64,000 nt of DNA, from contig JANYKT010000058.1 in NCBI GenBank assembly GCA_025358085.1, forward strand, positions 7,744-71,743, written 5' to 3'. The notes under the pieces are model-generated. The model did no database searches. It had not been told where the DNA came from and saw nothing but the letters and a program-made list of their open reading frames with translations. The position numbers were made by a program, and so were the translations under genes. This DNA is from Deltaproteobacteria bacterium. GTDB lineage: Bacteria; Myxococcota; Myxococcia; Myxococcales; 40CM-4-68-19. Below, piece after piece: positions 18,754 to 28,901 of this stretch (positions are counted from its first letter, which is position 1; every line of letters starts with the position of its first letter).

Positions 18754-18805
18754 CCGGCGACGCGTGCTGCTCTACGGTCCGCCGCCCTTGGACCAGCCCC
18801 ACCCG

Positions 18806-19429
18806 ATGATGCCCGAGGCTCCCCGCACCGACGGAGAGCCCACCGACCGCGAGCTGGTCGAGCTTTCGCAGAAGGGCGACGGCGCTGCGTTTGCGCGGCT
18901 GGTGGAGCGGCACCAGCGCCAGCTCTACCGTCTGGCGCTGCGCATGACGGGCTCCGAGGCGGACGCCAACGAAGTCCTGCAGGAAGCTTTCCTCAACGCC
19001 TGGCAGAAGCTGCCGGCCTTCCGCGGTGAGTCGCAATTCTCGAGTTGGCTTTATCGGATCGCGGCCAACAGCGCGCTGATGCGGCTGCGTCGCAAGCGCC
19101 GCGCGCCCGATGGGTTGCCAGACCAGCCGCTCGAACTGCAGGCGCCCAAGTTTTCGTCCGAAGGCCTCCTCGACCCGCCTCCCTACAGCGACTGGTCGCA
19201 GCGCGCCGACGAGAAGATGATGTCCAGCCAGTTGGGTGTCGCCATCGAGAAAGCGGTGCAGGAGCTTCCGGAAGACTATCGAACGGTGTTCCTCCTCAAG
19301 GATGTGGACGGTCTTTCCAACGAAGACATCGCGACCTCGCTCGACCTCACGGTGCCGGCCGTGAAGAGCCGCCTGCACCGCGCGCGCCTCGCGCTTCGAG
19401 AGAAGCTGGGAGATTTCTTTGGAGCGTGA
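18806..19429 (+). CDS. ECF-family RNA polymerase sigma factor
   Basis: Sigma-70 region 2 (NEVLQEAFLNAWQKLPAFRGESQFSSWLYRIA) and region 4 (VFLLKDVDGLSNEDIATSLDLTVPAVKSRLHRAR). ATG at 18806. Confidence 0.8.
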   Translation: MMPEAPRTDGEPTDRELVELSQKGDGAAFARLVERHQRQLYRLALRMTGSEADANEVLQEAFLNAWQKLPAFRGESQFSSWLYRIAANSALMRLRRKRRAPDGLPDQPLELQAPKFSSEGLLDPPPYSDWSQRADEKMMSSQLGVAIEKAVQELPEDYRTVFLLKDVDGLSNEDIATSLDLTVPAVKSRLHRARLALREKLGDFFGA

Positions 19430-19528
19430 CTCGAATCCGCCTCGCGAACGGTGCATCTCAAACGTGTCGGTCGGTTACTCTGGCGACCTCTTGACCACGC
19501 TCCCCGGGAACTACCCTTGACCAGCCCC

Positions 19529-19834
19529 ATGATTGAACATTGCAAGGAGTGCGTTGACCTCCTCGGGGACTACGTCGAGGGACAACTTCCTCCCGAGCAG
19601 GAGAAGGCGCTCGAGACACATCTCAGCATGTGCATGCCGTGCATCACGTTCGTGCGAACGTACAAGGCGACGCGGCGGCTCTGCCGCACGGCGCTCGCCA
19701 AAGAGATGCCGTCCGAATTGATGGGCGCTCTCTCCTCTTTCCTCGGCAAGCACGTGCCGGGGTTCAGTTGCCCGAAGTCGAAGCAGGGCCAGCCGGAAGC
19801 GGTGGCCCCCGACAGCGAGCTCAAGAAGGGCTAG
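19529..19834 (+). CDS. ZAS-type (zinc-binding, RsrA-like) anti-sigma factor, cytoplasmic
   Basis: HCKEC plus H-x3-C-x2-C (HLSMCMPC), no TM segment; immediately downstream of the ECF sigma gene. Confidence 0.6.
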   Translation: MIEHCKECVDLLGDYVEGQLPPEQEKALETHLSMCMPCITFVRTYKATRRLCRTALAKEMPSELMGALSSFLGKHVPGFSCPKSKQGQPEAVAPDSELKKG

Positions 19835-19843
19835 AACGTCTTA

Positions 19844-22465
19844 ATGAAATTTGAAATCGAGGAAGTATCCCGCGTGCTGCAGCGCGCGCGCGGGAAGGGC
19901 TGCAGCCTCAAGCAGCTTGCCGAGGAACTCAAGGCAGGGAAGGGCGAGCGCCTCAAGCTGCGCCGCATTCTTTCGGAGATGATCGAGACGGGCCGCGCGA
20001 CCTTCGCCGACGGCGGATATCGCGTAGCCCAGTCGCAGCAGCAACCTCGCGCGACACTGCACCGTGATTCGGCGCCGTCGCCACGCGCGTCCGCGCAGCG
20101 AGAAGCACACGCGTCGCCGCCCGCTTCTCCCCGCACGCCGGCTGCCCCAAAGTCTCAGCCGCCTCCCGCCGGCAAGCGAAAGCTGCCCGCCGCCATGACC
20201 GAGGGGACCCGCCAGCGGCGCCTGGCGCAGGCGGGCCGTCCCGACGCCCCGGCGCAGGAGCACGAACCGCGCGGCAAGAAATACGATCGCAAACCCGCGC
20301 CGCGGAAGAAGGGCGAGGCGACGCGCGTCGGCGGCGAGGTCGTCGGCGTGCTCCATCTCAAGAGCGAGGGCTACGGCTTCGTCAGTCCGCTCGTGCCCAC
20401 CGGCGCCGGGCGCGAGGGCGATCTCTTCATTCCCCCGCAGCACACGCTGGGCGCGCTCGACGGCGACGTGGTCAACGTCCGCGCCGTCAAAGGCCGCGAT
20501 GGCCGGCTCGCAGGCGAGGTGACCGAGGTGGTCGAGCGCCGGCGCCAACTCGCGCTGGGCACCTACCAATCACGCGGGCCGAACGGCTCGGCTGGCGGCG
20601 GCTGGGTGATCCCGCTCGACCGCAACCTGACCGGCAACATCGCCGTTCCGCGCGACGCCAAGGCGCACGACGGCGAGATGGTCAAGGTCCGCCTCGACCG
20701 CGACAGGCCGGGCCCGCTCTCGGGAACCATCATCGGCGTGCTCGGCCCGCGCGGCGACCCGCGCTTCGAAATCCTGGCCAGCGCGTATGCCGCCGGCTTT
20801 TCCGACGAGTTCGATCCAGCCACGCTGCTGGCCGCGCAGAGCGTCCCTGATCGCGTGTTGCCCGAAGATTTGACCGCGCGCCGCGATCTGCGCCACCTGC
20901 CGCTCGTCACCATCGACGGCGAGGACGCCCGCGACTTCGACGACGCGGTTCATGTCTCGCGCACCGCCAGCGGCTATCGCCTGGTGGTCGCCATCGCCGA
21001 TGTTGCCCATTACGTGCGGCCAGGCGGCTCGCTCGACCGCGAGGCCTTGCGCCGCGGCACCAGCGTCTACTTCCCGGGCACCGTGATTCCAATGTTGCCC
21101 GAGCGCCTGTCGAACGGCATCTGCTCGCTCAACCCGGACGTCGACCGCCTCTGCATGGTCTGCGATCTGGCGCTCGACGCGAACGGCAAGCCCATGCAGG
21201 CCGACCTCTACGACGCGGTCATGCGCAGCCACGCGCGGCTCACTTACACGAAGGTTGCCGCCGCGCTCGAGGGCGCGCCGCCGCCCGACGTGAAGCCGCT
21301 GATGGAAGACCTCAAGATCGCGGGTGAGCTGGCGAAGAAGCTCACCGCGCAGCGCAAGCTCCGCGGCGCCATCGAGTTCGATCTGCCCGAAGCAAAAATC
21401 ATTCTGGACGACGACGGCCACATCAAGGAGATCACGCGGCGTCCGCGCAACGACGCGCACAAGTTGGTGGAGGAGTTCATGCTCGCCGCCAACGAAGCGG
21501 TGGCGCGGTTCTTCGACGTGCGCGGGCTGCCGACCGTCTATCGCATCCACGATGCACCGGACGAGACGAAGCTGGAGTCGTTCGCGGCACTGGCGCGCAT
21601 CCACGGCTTCGACGTCCCGGCCGGTAAAGAAATGACGCCGTCGGTGCTGAATAAATTTCTCGAGCAGGTCGAGGGCAAGCCGCAGCAGAAGGCGCTGAAT
21701 TCGCTCTTGCTGCGCGCGATGATGCAAGCGCAGTACAGCCCGGACAACATCGGCCACTACGGCCTCGCCGCGCCGACCTATCTACACTTCACCTCTCCTA
21801 TCCGGCGTTATCCGGACTTGATCGTGCATCGGTTATTGAAGGAGCATTGGGCGCGCGGCGGACAGACGCTGCGCACGCATGAGCGCGACGAGCAGGAGGC
21901 AGTGCTGGCGGGTGTGGCAGCGCAGTGCTCGGAGCGCGAGCGCGCCTCGATGAAGGCCGAGCGCGACATCGACGCTTATTACATGGCGATGTTCATGATG
22001 GACAAGATCGGCAATCGCTATAAGGCGGTGGTCGCGGGCGTGGCCGAGTTTGGACTCTTCTGCGAGATGGAAGAAATCTTCGTCGAGGGCCTGGTGCCCG
22101 CGGAAGATCTGGGCGAGGGCGTCGAGCTCGACAAGGAGCGCCACCGGCTGGTGGTGGGCAGGAGCGGGAAGAGCTTCGGCGTCGGGGACCGGCTCGAGAT
22201 CGAGGTGGTCTCGGCCGACCCCGCCCGCCGGCGCATTACGCTGCGCATCGCGGGGGGCGCGGAGAAAAAGAGTGCACCGGGCAAGAACGCCCCCGGCGGC
22301 ACGCAGCCCTGGTTTACGCCCGACGATCTGACTCCGGGCGCGCCCTCTCCTAAGCGCCGTTTGCCGCAGAAGGCGCAGCAGCGGCCTGGACAACGGCCGC
22401 CTCCGCGCGGGTCATCGCCTGGCCAGAAGCCTCCTCGTGGACGAAAACCAGGTCGCGGTCGATGA
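19844..22465 (+). CDS. rnr: Ribonuclease R
   Basis: N-terminal HTH, cold-shock-like region, RNB catalytic core, S1 domain, and a basic Lys/Arg/Pro-rich C-terminal tail. Confidence 0.9.
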   Translation: MKFEIEEVSRVLQRARGKGCSLKQLAEELKAGKGERLKLRRILSEMIETGRATFADGGYRVAQSQQQPRATLHRDSAPSPRASAQREAHASPPASPRTPAAPKSQPPPAGKRKLPAAMTEGTRQRRLAQAGRPDAPAQEHEPRGKKYDRKPAPRKKGEATRVGGEVVGVLHLKSEGYGFVSPLVPTGAGREGDLFIPPQHTLGALDGDVVNVRAVKGRDGRLAGEVTEVVERRRQLALGTYQSRGPNGSAGGGWVIPLDRNLTGNIAVPRDAKAHDGEMVKVRLDRDRPGPLSGTIIGVLGPRGDPRFEILASAYAAGFSDEFDPATLLAAQSVPDRVLPEDLTARRDLRHLPLVTIDGEDARDFDDAVHVSRTASGYRLVVAIADVAHYVRPGGSLDREALRRGTSVYFPGTVIPMLPERLSNGICSLNPDVDRLCMVCDLALDANGKPMQADLYDAVMRSHARLTYTKVAAALEGAPPPDVKPLMEDLKIAGELAKKLTAQRKLRGAIEFDLPEAKIILDDDGHIKEITRRPRNDAHKLVEEFMLAANEAVARFFDVRGLPTVYRIHDAPDETKLESFAALARIHGFDVPAGKEMTPSVLNKFLEQVEGKPQQKALNSLLLRAMMQAQYSPDNIGHYGLAAPTYLHFTSPIRRYPDLIVHRLLKEHWARGGQTLRTHERDEQEAVLAGVAAQCSERERASMKAERDIDAYYMAMFMMDKIGNRYKAVVAGVAEFGLFCEMEEIFVEGLVPAEDLGEGVELDKERHRLVVGRSGKSFGVGDRLEIEVVSADPARRRITLRIAGGAEKKSAPGKNAPGGTQPWFTPDDLTPGAPSPKRRLPQKAQQRPGQRPPPRGSSPGQKPPRGRKPGRGR

Positions 22466-22634
22466 AGGCGCGGAAGTAGACCGGCCAGCCGACGCGCACC
22501 TCTTGAGGCGTGACGTCCTCGCGCAGGGCGAGGCGCACCAGGCTCATGTCGCTGCGGCTGGCCACGGGGAAGAGGCGGTGGTGCCCGGCAAAGTGGATGA
22601 TCTCGCCGTGATCAGTCGTCAGCTTCCTGGTCAT
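22350..22634 (-). CDS. Hypothetical small protein (94 aa, MTRKLTTDHGEIIHF...); low confidence
   Basis: Sits in the rnr-malQ gap but overlaps the rnr 3' tail by 116 bp on the opposite strand; no clear RBS. Confidence 0.2.
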   Translation of the reverse strand: MTRKLTTDHGEIIHFAGHHRLFPVASRSDMSLVRLALREDVTPQEVRVGWPVYFRAFIDRDLVFVHEEASGQAMTRAEAAVVQAAAAPSAANGA

Positions 22635-22784
22635 GAGCCGGGCCTGTAGCAGAAGCCTGCGCGCGCGCGCAACAGGAGCGCGGCGCCGGTTGACTGCTGC
22701 ACGGGCATCGAAGTCCAGGCTTGCGTGCGGCCCGTCCAAGGCCCCATACCTCCGCCGAACGCACAGCTCTACAGGAGTCTCGAC

Positions 22785-24311
22785 TTGGAACACCGCTCTC
22801 CGCTCGGCCGCCGGGCCGGCCTGCTGCTCCCGCTCTCTTCCGTGCGCGGCCCTCGCGGCGATCTTGGGAGCTATGCCGACGCAGGTGGCGTCGCCCACTA
22901 TCTGGCCTCTGCCGGCTGCACTCTCTGGCAGTTGTTGCCCTTGAATGAAGTAGCGCCGGGGCAGGACAGTCCGTACGCCGCCTCCAGCTCCAATGCGCTC
23001 GAGCCGGTTTATATCGATCTTGATTCAATTGAAGGCCTCACGCTCGAGCCTGCGGAGCACGCGCGGCTCGATCGGCTGCGCGAGGAGAAGACGGTCGATT
23101 TTAACGGCTATCGGGCGATCAAGCTGAGCGCCATTGCTCGCGCCTGGAAATCGTTTCCGCGCGACGGCGAGCGGTATGCCGACCTCTTGCGCTTTCGCGA
23201 GGAGCACCGCGCCTGGCTGGAGGACTACGCCTTCTATCGCGCCATCCACGACGAGCGGCAGAAGAGCTGGCGCGACTGGGAGCCCGCGCTGCGCGACCGC
23301 GAGCCGCGAGCTCTTGCCGTCGCTCGCGAGCGTCTGCGCGACCAGGTGGACCAGGTGGTCTTCTCGCAGTGGATCGCCGACCAGCAGTGGCGCGAAGGCC
23401 GGCGCGCGGCCAACGAGCAGGGCGTCAAGGTTGTCGGCGACCTGCCGTTCATGGTGGCCGAGGACTCAGCCGACGTCTGGGGCTTGCAGCAGCTCTTCCG
23501 CTTCGACGCCACCGTCGGGGTGCCGCCCGACGCCTATAGCCCTGACGGTCAGGACTGGGGCCTGCCGGTGCCGCGCTGGAAGGAAATGCACGACCAGGGC
23601 GACCCGTGGCTGCGGCCGCGCGCGGCCCGTGCCGCCGGGCTCTACGACGCCTTTCGCGTCGATCACGTGGTCGGTCTTTACCGGACCTATGCGCGGCCAG
23701 TGAACAAGAGCGCGGCCTTCTTTACGCCTGCGGACGAGCCTTCGCAGCGAGCACAAGGCGAGCGGATCCTCGAGCTGATGGGCGAGCAGGCCGAGGTGCT
23801 GGCCGAGGATCTGGGCACCGTCCCCGATTTTGTCCGCGCGTCGCTCGCCCGGATCAAGATACCGGGAACAAAGGTGCTCCGCTGGGAGAACGACCAGGGC
23901 GAGCCGCGAGACGTCACCGGGTTTTCCACCGTCTCTCTCGCGGTCACTGGCACTCACGACACCGAATCGCTGCTGACCTGGTGGAAAGAGCTGGCCACCT
24001 GGGAACGCGAGCAGCAGCTCACCCAGCCGCCTCTGGCCCGGCTGCGCGGTCCGTCGCAGACGAGCTTTACTCCCGAGACCAAACGCGCGCTGCTCGAGCT
24101 TGCCTATCAAAGCGCCTCAGATGCCTTGTTGATTCCAATCACCGATGCGCTGGGCTGGCCCGACCGGATGAATACGCCAGGCACTGTCGGTCAGCACAAC
24201 TGGACTTTCCGGCTGCCGTGGAAGCTCGGCGAACTCCTGACCGCAGCGGAGCCTTCGGCTGTGGCGCGCGAGCTTGCAAGCCTTGCCGAACGGCACGGCC
24301 GTCAGCGCTAG
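22785..24311 (+). CDS. malQ: 4-alpha-glucanotransferase (amylomaltase, GH77)
   Basis: RRAGLLLPLSSVRGPRGDLGSY N-terminus, GH77 core. Proposed TTG start at 22785 has an AGGAG RBS 7 nt upstream; the track ORF begins at 22725. Confidence 0.8.
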   Translation: MEHRSPLGRRAGLLLPLSSVRGPRGDLGSYADAGGVAHYLASAGCTLWQLLPLNEVAPGQDSPYAASSSNALEPVYIDLDSIEGLTLEPAEHARLDRLREEKTVDFNGYRAIKLSAIARAWKSFPRDGERYADLLRFREEHRAWLEDYAFYRAIHDERQKSWRDWEPALRDREPRALAVARERLRDQVDQVVFSQWIADQQWREGRRAANEQGVKVVGDLPFMVAEDSADVWGLQQLFRFDATVGVPPDAYSPDGQDWGLPVPRWKEMHDQGDPWLRPRAARAAGLYDAFRVDHVVGLYRTYARPVNKSAAFFTPADEPSQRAQGERILELMGEQAEVLAEDLGTVPDFVRASLARIKIPGTKVLRWENDQGEPRDVTGFSTVSLAVTGTHDTESLLTWWKELATWEREQQLTQPPLARLRGPSQTSFTPETKRALLELAYQSASDALLIPITDALGWPDRMNTPGTVGQHNWTFRLPWKLGELLTAAEPSAVARELASLAERHGRQR

Positions 24312-24341
24312 CAACTTTCTCCTGGCAAGGCGGCTCCCCAC

Positions 24342-27300
24342 ATGAATGAGGACGCGATGCGCGAAGAGGCACGGCGGCTGCTGCACCAGGTAGCTGCGGA
24401 GTTGGAGACGGTGCGGCGACCGCTCGCGACCTACCGAGTGCAGCTGCATAAAGGCTTCAATTTCGACGATGCCGCCGCGGTCACCGCGTATATCGCCGAC
24501 CTCGGCGTCAGTGACTTCTATACCAGCCCGTATCTCAAGGCCGCGCCCGGCTCCATGCACGGCTATGACGTGCTCGATCACCAGTTGCTCAATCCAGAGC
24601 TGGGTGGCGCCGAGGGGCACGAGCGCTTCATCGCCGCGGTGAAAGCGCAGGGCCTGGGACACCTGTTTGATATCGTGCCCAATCATATGGGCATCGGCTC
24701 GGGGAATACCCTTTGGCGCGAGGTGCTGGAGAACGGTCCCAGCGCGCAGGCGGCCCGATTCTTTGATATCGAATGGCACCCGGTCAAGGAAGAGCTGGCC
24801 GACAAGGTGCTGGTGCCGGTGCTGGGCGACCGCTATGGCGCGGTGCTGGAGCGCGGCGAGCTGAAGCTCGTGCTGGTGGACGGTGCCTTCGAAATTCACT
24901 ATTTCGACAACGTCTTTCCGGTCAATCCGCGCTCGTATGTGCAGATCCTCAAGTATCGGATTGAGGAGCTGGAGCAGAAGCTCGCGGGCGATATCGCACT
25001 CGATGATCTCAAGTCCATCATCACCGCGTTGCAGAACATGCCGATGCGCAAGGAAGTGGACGCGGACCGGATGGAGGAGCGGCGGCGCGAGAAGGAGGTC
25101 GCCAAGCGAAGGGTCGCGCACCACTGCAAGAAGAGCCCGGTCATCCTCGCGCACCTGGAGGAGAACGTGCGGCTCTTCAACGGCACGCCAGGGAAGCCGC
25201 GCAGCTTCGACCTGCTCGACAAGCTGCTCGGGGCGCAGGCCTATCGCTTGGCGCATTGGCGCGTCTCGTCGGAGGAGATCAACTATCGACGTTTCTTCGA
25301 TATCAATTCATTGGCGGCGATTCGCGTCGAGGATCCGGTGGTCTTCGAGGAAGCGCACCGCGTGCCGCTGCGGCTCCTGGCGGAGGGCAAGGTCACCGGG
25401 CTGCGGGTCGATCACCCGGACGGCCTCGCCTATCCGACCGAATACTTCCGGCTGCTGCAGGACGCGCGGATCCTGCAGCGGGCGCAGGCGCTGGCATCGG
25501 GTTTCGGGTTCGACTGGGGGCAACTCGAACCCTTGTTCCGGGAGGAGCTGGCTGAAGAGCTGCGCGTGCGGGGCCGCGCGTCTGCGCTGTTCCGGCCGCT
25601 CTATGTGGTGGCGGAGAAGATCCTCGGGCGGACCGAGACGCTGCCCTCGAGCTGGGCGGTGTCAGGGACCACCGGATATGACGCAATGAATGCGATCAAT
25701 GGAATCTTCATCGACCGCGCGAACCAGAACCGGTTCGAGAAGCTCTATGCCCGCTTCATTGGCGACGAGGTGGATTTCGAGGAGCTGGTCTATCAAAAAA
25801 AGAAGCTGATTCTTTATACGGCGCTGGCGAGCGAGATGAATCTCCTGGCGCGGCAACTCAATCGCATCTCCGAAGGAAACCGCTGGACGCGGGACTTCAC
25901 CCTCTATTCGCTGCGGGCCGGCCTGATTGAGCTGGTGGCCTGCTTCTCGGTCTATCGGACGTATATCGCCGGCGAGGGGAAGATCGACGAGCACGACCGG
26001 CGCTATGTCCTGCAGGCGGTGGCGAGCGCCAAGCGGCGCAATCCGGCGGAGAATGCGTCCATCTATGAGTTCATCGCCGATATCCTGCTGCAAAAGTTTG
26101 CCGCTTACGTAGAGGAGAGCGAGCGGCCCGCCCAGAAGGCCTTTGCCATCAAGCTGCAGCAGACCTTGGGTCCGGTCATGGCGAAGGGCGTGGAGGACAC
26201 GACCTTCTATGTCTACAATCGATTGATCTCATTGAATGAGGTGGGCGGCGAGCCGGTTCACTTCGGCTCGACGGTCGACTGGCTGCACGAGCAGAATGCG
26301 CTGCGGGCGCGCGAGTGGCCGCTCTCTCTGGTGGCCACCGCCACCCACGACACCAAGCGCGGCGAGGACACGCGCGCGCGCATCGACGCGCTCTCCGAGC
26401 TGCCTGACGAGTTCCGCAAGCTGCTGGCGGTCTTCGCGCGGCGGACCGAGGGGCTGCGCCGCGACGTCGATGACCGGCACGCACCCGACCGCAACGAGCA
26501 GATGCTCCTGCTGCAGACGGTGCTGGGAGTCTGGCCGGCCGCCGCGGGAATGCCTTCGCAACAGGAGCTGGAGTCGCTGCGGGATCGCGTGCAGCAATAT
26601 CTTTTCAAGGCGGCGAAGGAGGCCAAAGTCAACACCTCCTGGATTCAGGAGGACCAGCGCTGGGAGGAGGCTCTGCGCGCGTTCGTGACCGGCCTCTTCG
26701 CGCTGCCGGCGCGGCACAAGCTCTGGGGGGATTTGCTGCCCTTTGCGCGGCGCATTGGCGAGATCGGGCTGCACAACTCGCTCTCCCAGCTGGTGCTGAA
26801 GCTTTCAATGCCGGGCGTGCCGGACATCTACCAGGGCTGCGAGCTGTGGGATTTTTCCCTGGTCGATCCGGACAATCGGCGCCCGGTGGACTTCGCGCTG
26901 CGTCGGGCGATGCTGGCTGAAATGCGCGCGTCGTCGCTGGCAAAGGCTGAGCTGGCGCGGTCGCTTTACCAAGGCTGGGAAGACGGTCGCATCAAGCTCT
27001 TCATCACGCAGGCCGGGCTCCAGGCGCGCAAGCGGCTGCCGCAGCTGTTTACCGAGGGCGGGTATAGCAAGCTCCGCGGCGAGGGGCCGCGCGCCGCCAA
27101 CCTCTGCGCCTATGCGCGCACCGGCAAGGATGGCCAGCTCGCGATCGTGGTCGTGCCTCGCCTGGTCGCGGGCCTGCTCGACGGCGCCCGCTTGAATCCG
27201 GATTCATTCTCTGAAACACGGATTCAGATTCCGAACTCAGCTTCGCCTTTTCGCGACGCGCTCACCGGGGAAGAGCGGCAGGTGCACGGGGACTCGCTCG

Positions 27301-27362
27301 CCTGCGACGAACTCTTCTCGACGCTGCCGGTGGCCTTTCTGGTGAACGCTCCGCTGCGTTGA
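24342..27362 (+). CDS. treY: Malto-oligosyltrehalose synthase
   Basis: 1006 aa; YRVQLHKGFNFDDAA...YTSPYLKAAPGSMHGYDV...DIVPNHMGI is the TreY signature. Confidence 0.85.
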   Translation: MNEDAMREEARRLLHQVAAELETVRRPLATYRVQLHKGFNFDDAAAVTAYIADLGVSDFYTSPYLKAAPGSMHGYDVLDHQLLNPELGGAEGHERFIAAVKAQGLGHLFDIVPNHMGIGSGNTLWREVLENGPSAQAARFFDIEWHPVKEELADKVLVPVLGDRYGAVLERGELKLVLVDGAFEIHYFDNVFPVNPRSYVQILKYRIEELEQKLAGDIALDDLKSIITALQNMPMRKEVDADRMEERRREKEVAKRRVAHHCKKSPVILAHLEENVRLFNGTPGKPRSFDLLDKLLGAQAYRLAHWRVSSEEINYRRFFDINSLAAIRVEDPVVFEEAHRVPLRLLAEGKVTGLRVDHPDGLAYPTEYFRLLQDARILQRAQALASGFGFDWGQLEPLFREELAEELRVRGRASALFRPLYVVAEKILGRTETLPSSWAVSGTTGYDAMNAINGIFIDRANQNRFEKLYARFIGDEVDFEELVYQKKKLILYTALASEMNLLARQLNRISEGNRWTRDFTLYSLRAGLIELVACFSVYRTYIAGEGKIDEHDRRYVLQAVASAKRRNPAENASIYEFIADILLQKFAAYVEESERPAQKAFAIKLQQTLGPVMAKGVEDTTFYVYNRLISLNEVGGEPVHFGSTVDWLHEQNALRAREWPLSLVATATHDTKRGEDTRARIDALSELPDEFRKLLAVFARRTEGLRRDVDDRHAPDRNEQMLLLQTVLGVWPAAAGMPSQQELESLRDRVQQYLFKAAKEAKVNTSWIQEDQRWEEALRAFVTGLFALPARHKLWGDLLPFARRIGEIGLHNSLSQLVLKLSMPGVPDIYQGCELWDFSLVDPDNRRPVDFALRRAMLAEMRASSLAKAELARSLYQGWEDGRIKLFITQAGLQARKRLPQLFTEGGYSKLRGEGPRAANLCAYARTGKDGQLAIVVVPRLVAGLLDGARLNPDSFSETRIQIPNSASPFRDALTGEERQVHGDSLACDELFSTLPVAFLVNAPLR

Positions 27363-27731
27363 GTCCAAGGTTTTCCCGGGCAAGACTCGGGTTTCAGGAC
27401 GGCTTTAGACCCAATGCCACTCAGTTAAGGAGGCCTTTCACTTGGCAACGAACGCTTCTCCTGCGGCTCTCGCGCGCTGAAGCTCTCGCGCGAACCGTCC
27501 GCAAGCGCGCATCCGTTCCTCGCCAGTCGAGAAAGGACCAGCCGCCTCTCCTTCAGGCTGCGCTGACTGTTTCGCGGTATTGGCTTTAGTTAGACCCCAG
27601 GGGCTCGGCCGGATTCGCCAGTCTGGCTCGGGCGCCCAGCTGGAATCAGGCGGCGCTGGGAAGCAAGCGAAATCTCGCTCTCGCCGATGCGACAAATTTA
27701 TCGAATCGTGCGCGCTGCGTGTTGTACCGAC

Positions 27732-28901
27732 ATGCGACGAGCTTTCCTGTTGAGTCTTTCGATCCTGCTGGCGGCCGCGGCCCTCCCTGCGCGCGCCCAA
27801 GTCAGCGTGAGCGCGAACGTCACGGTCGGCGGCCCGGTCGAAGTCGCGAGCTTCCACGAGCGGCTCGGCGGGTACGGTCATTGGACTTACGTTGACGGCT
27901 ACGGCCAGGTCTGGGCTCCCAACTCGATGCGTGCCGGCTGGCGCCCCTATTCCGACGGCCGCTGGGTGCTGACCGAGTATGGATGGACCTATGTCTCCGA
28001 CGACCCCTGGGGCTGGGCAGCGTATCATTACGGCAACTGGGTCTTCGCCGGCGGCGCGGGCTGGGTGTGGATCCCCGGACGCGTCTGGGCGCCGGCCTGG
28101 GTGACCTGGCGCTATGGCGGCGGCTATGCCGCGTGGGCCCCCGCGCCGCCGATTGGATACGGCTATCGGGTCCGCGTCGTCGAATATAACTCTCCGGGAT
28201 GGGTGGTGGTGCAGGAGGCGCACTTCACGCAGCCCATTGCGACGTTCGCGGTGAGTGCCAATCTCTCGGCGGGATACGTCGCCCGCGCCCAGCCTCTCGC
28301 CGCGCCGGTCGCGGTGACCGGCGGCGTCGCGGTCAATCCGGGCCCGCACCCGCAAGCCGTGGCCGCCGCGGTGGGAACTTCGGTGCAGCCGGTCTCGGCG
28401 AACGCCGTAGTCAGCGGCGGAACGCGCTCTATCGCTACCGCCGCGCGCGCACCCTCGGCCCCCGCTCCGGTCGCGCAAGCGATGCAGAATCACTGGAATC
28501 AACCTGCCTCGAGCGGCGGCCATGCACTCACCGCGGCGCAGCGGCAGAATACTTCCGCCACGCAACTGAGCCAGCGCGCAGACGCAGCGCCCGCGACGGC
28601 CGCACCATCCGCCGCCGCGACCAAGGCAGGCGCGCCCGGAGGCAAGCCCGCCGCGGTCGGGACGCAGGCAGCCGCTTCCGCAAGCAAGCCTGCCGGGGGG
28701 CAAGCAGGGCCTTCCGCAAATCAGCGCGTCGCTGGCCTGCACTCCGCGCAGACTCCAGCCGACCGCGCGGCCAATCGCGAGCAGCGCCAGCAACAGCACG
28801 AGCAGAACCGCCAGCAGCGGCAGGCCGCCAATCGCGCCCAGCAACCCGCTCCACACGGCGCGGGGCATTCAAAGGGCGCGGGCAAGAACCGCCGCCGCTA
28901 A
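27732..28901 (+). CDS. Secreted Trp/Gly-rich repeat protein (YXWGXW-repeat-like) with an Ala/Gln/Arg-rich low-complexity tail
   Basis: Signal peptide MRRAFLLSLSILLAAAALPARAQ; repeated W-x-x-G-W / G-Y-G units; C-terminal QQHEQNRQQRQAANRAQQ. Confidence 0.5.
   Translation: MRRAFLLSLSILLAAAALPARAQVSVSANVTVGGPVEVASFHERLGGYGHWTYVDGYGQVWAPNSMRAGWRPYSDGRWVLTEYGWTYVSDDPWGWAAYHYGNWVFAGGAGWVWIPGRVWAPAWVTWRYGGGYAAWAPAPPIGYGYRVRVVEYNSPGWVVVQEAHFTQPIATFAVSANLSAGYVARAQPLAAPVAVTGGVAVNPGPHPQAVAAAVGTSVQPVSANAVVSGGTRSIATAARAPSAPAPVAQAMQNHWNQPASSGGHALTAAQRQNTSATQLSQRADAAPATAAPSAAATKAGAPGGKPAAVGTQAAASASKPAGGQAGPSANQRVAGLHSAQTPADRAANREQRQQQHEQNRQQRQAANRAQQPAPHGAGHSKGAGKNRRR

Noticed and set aside
22350-22898. 182-aa minus-strand ORF spanning the rnr-malQ gap
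   Set aside because: As a whole it overlaps both rnr and malQ. Only a 94-aa core (22350..22634) is kept as a low-confidence feature.
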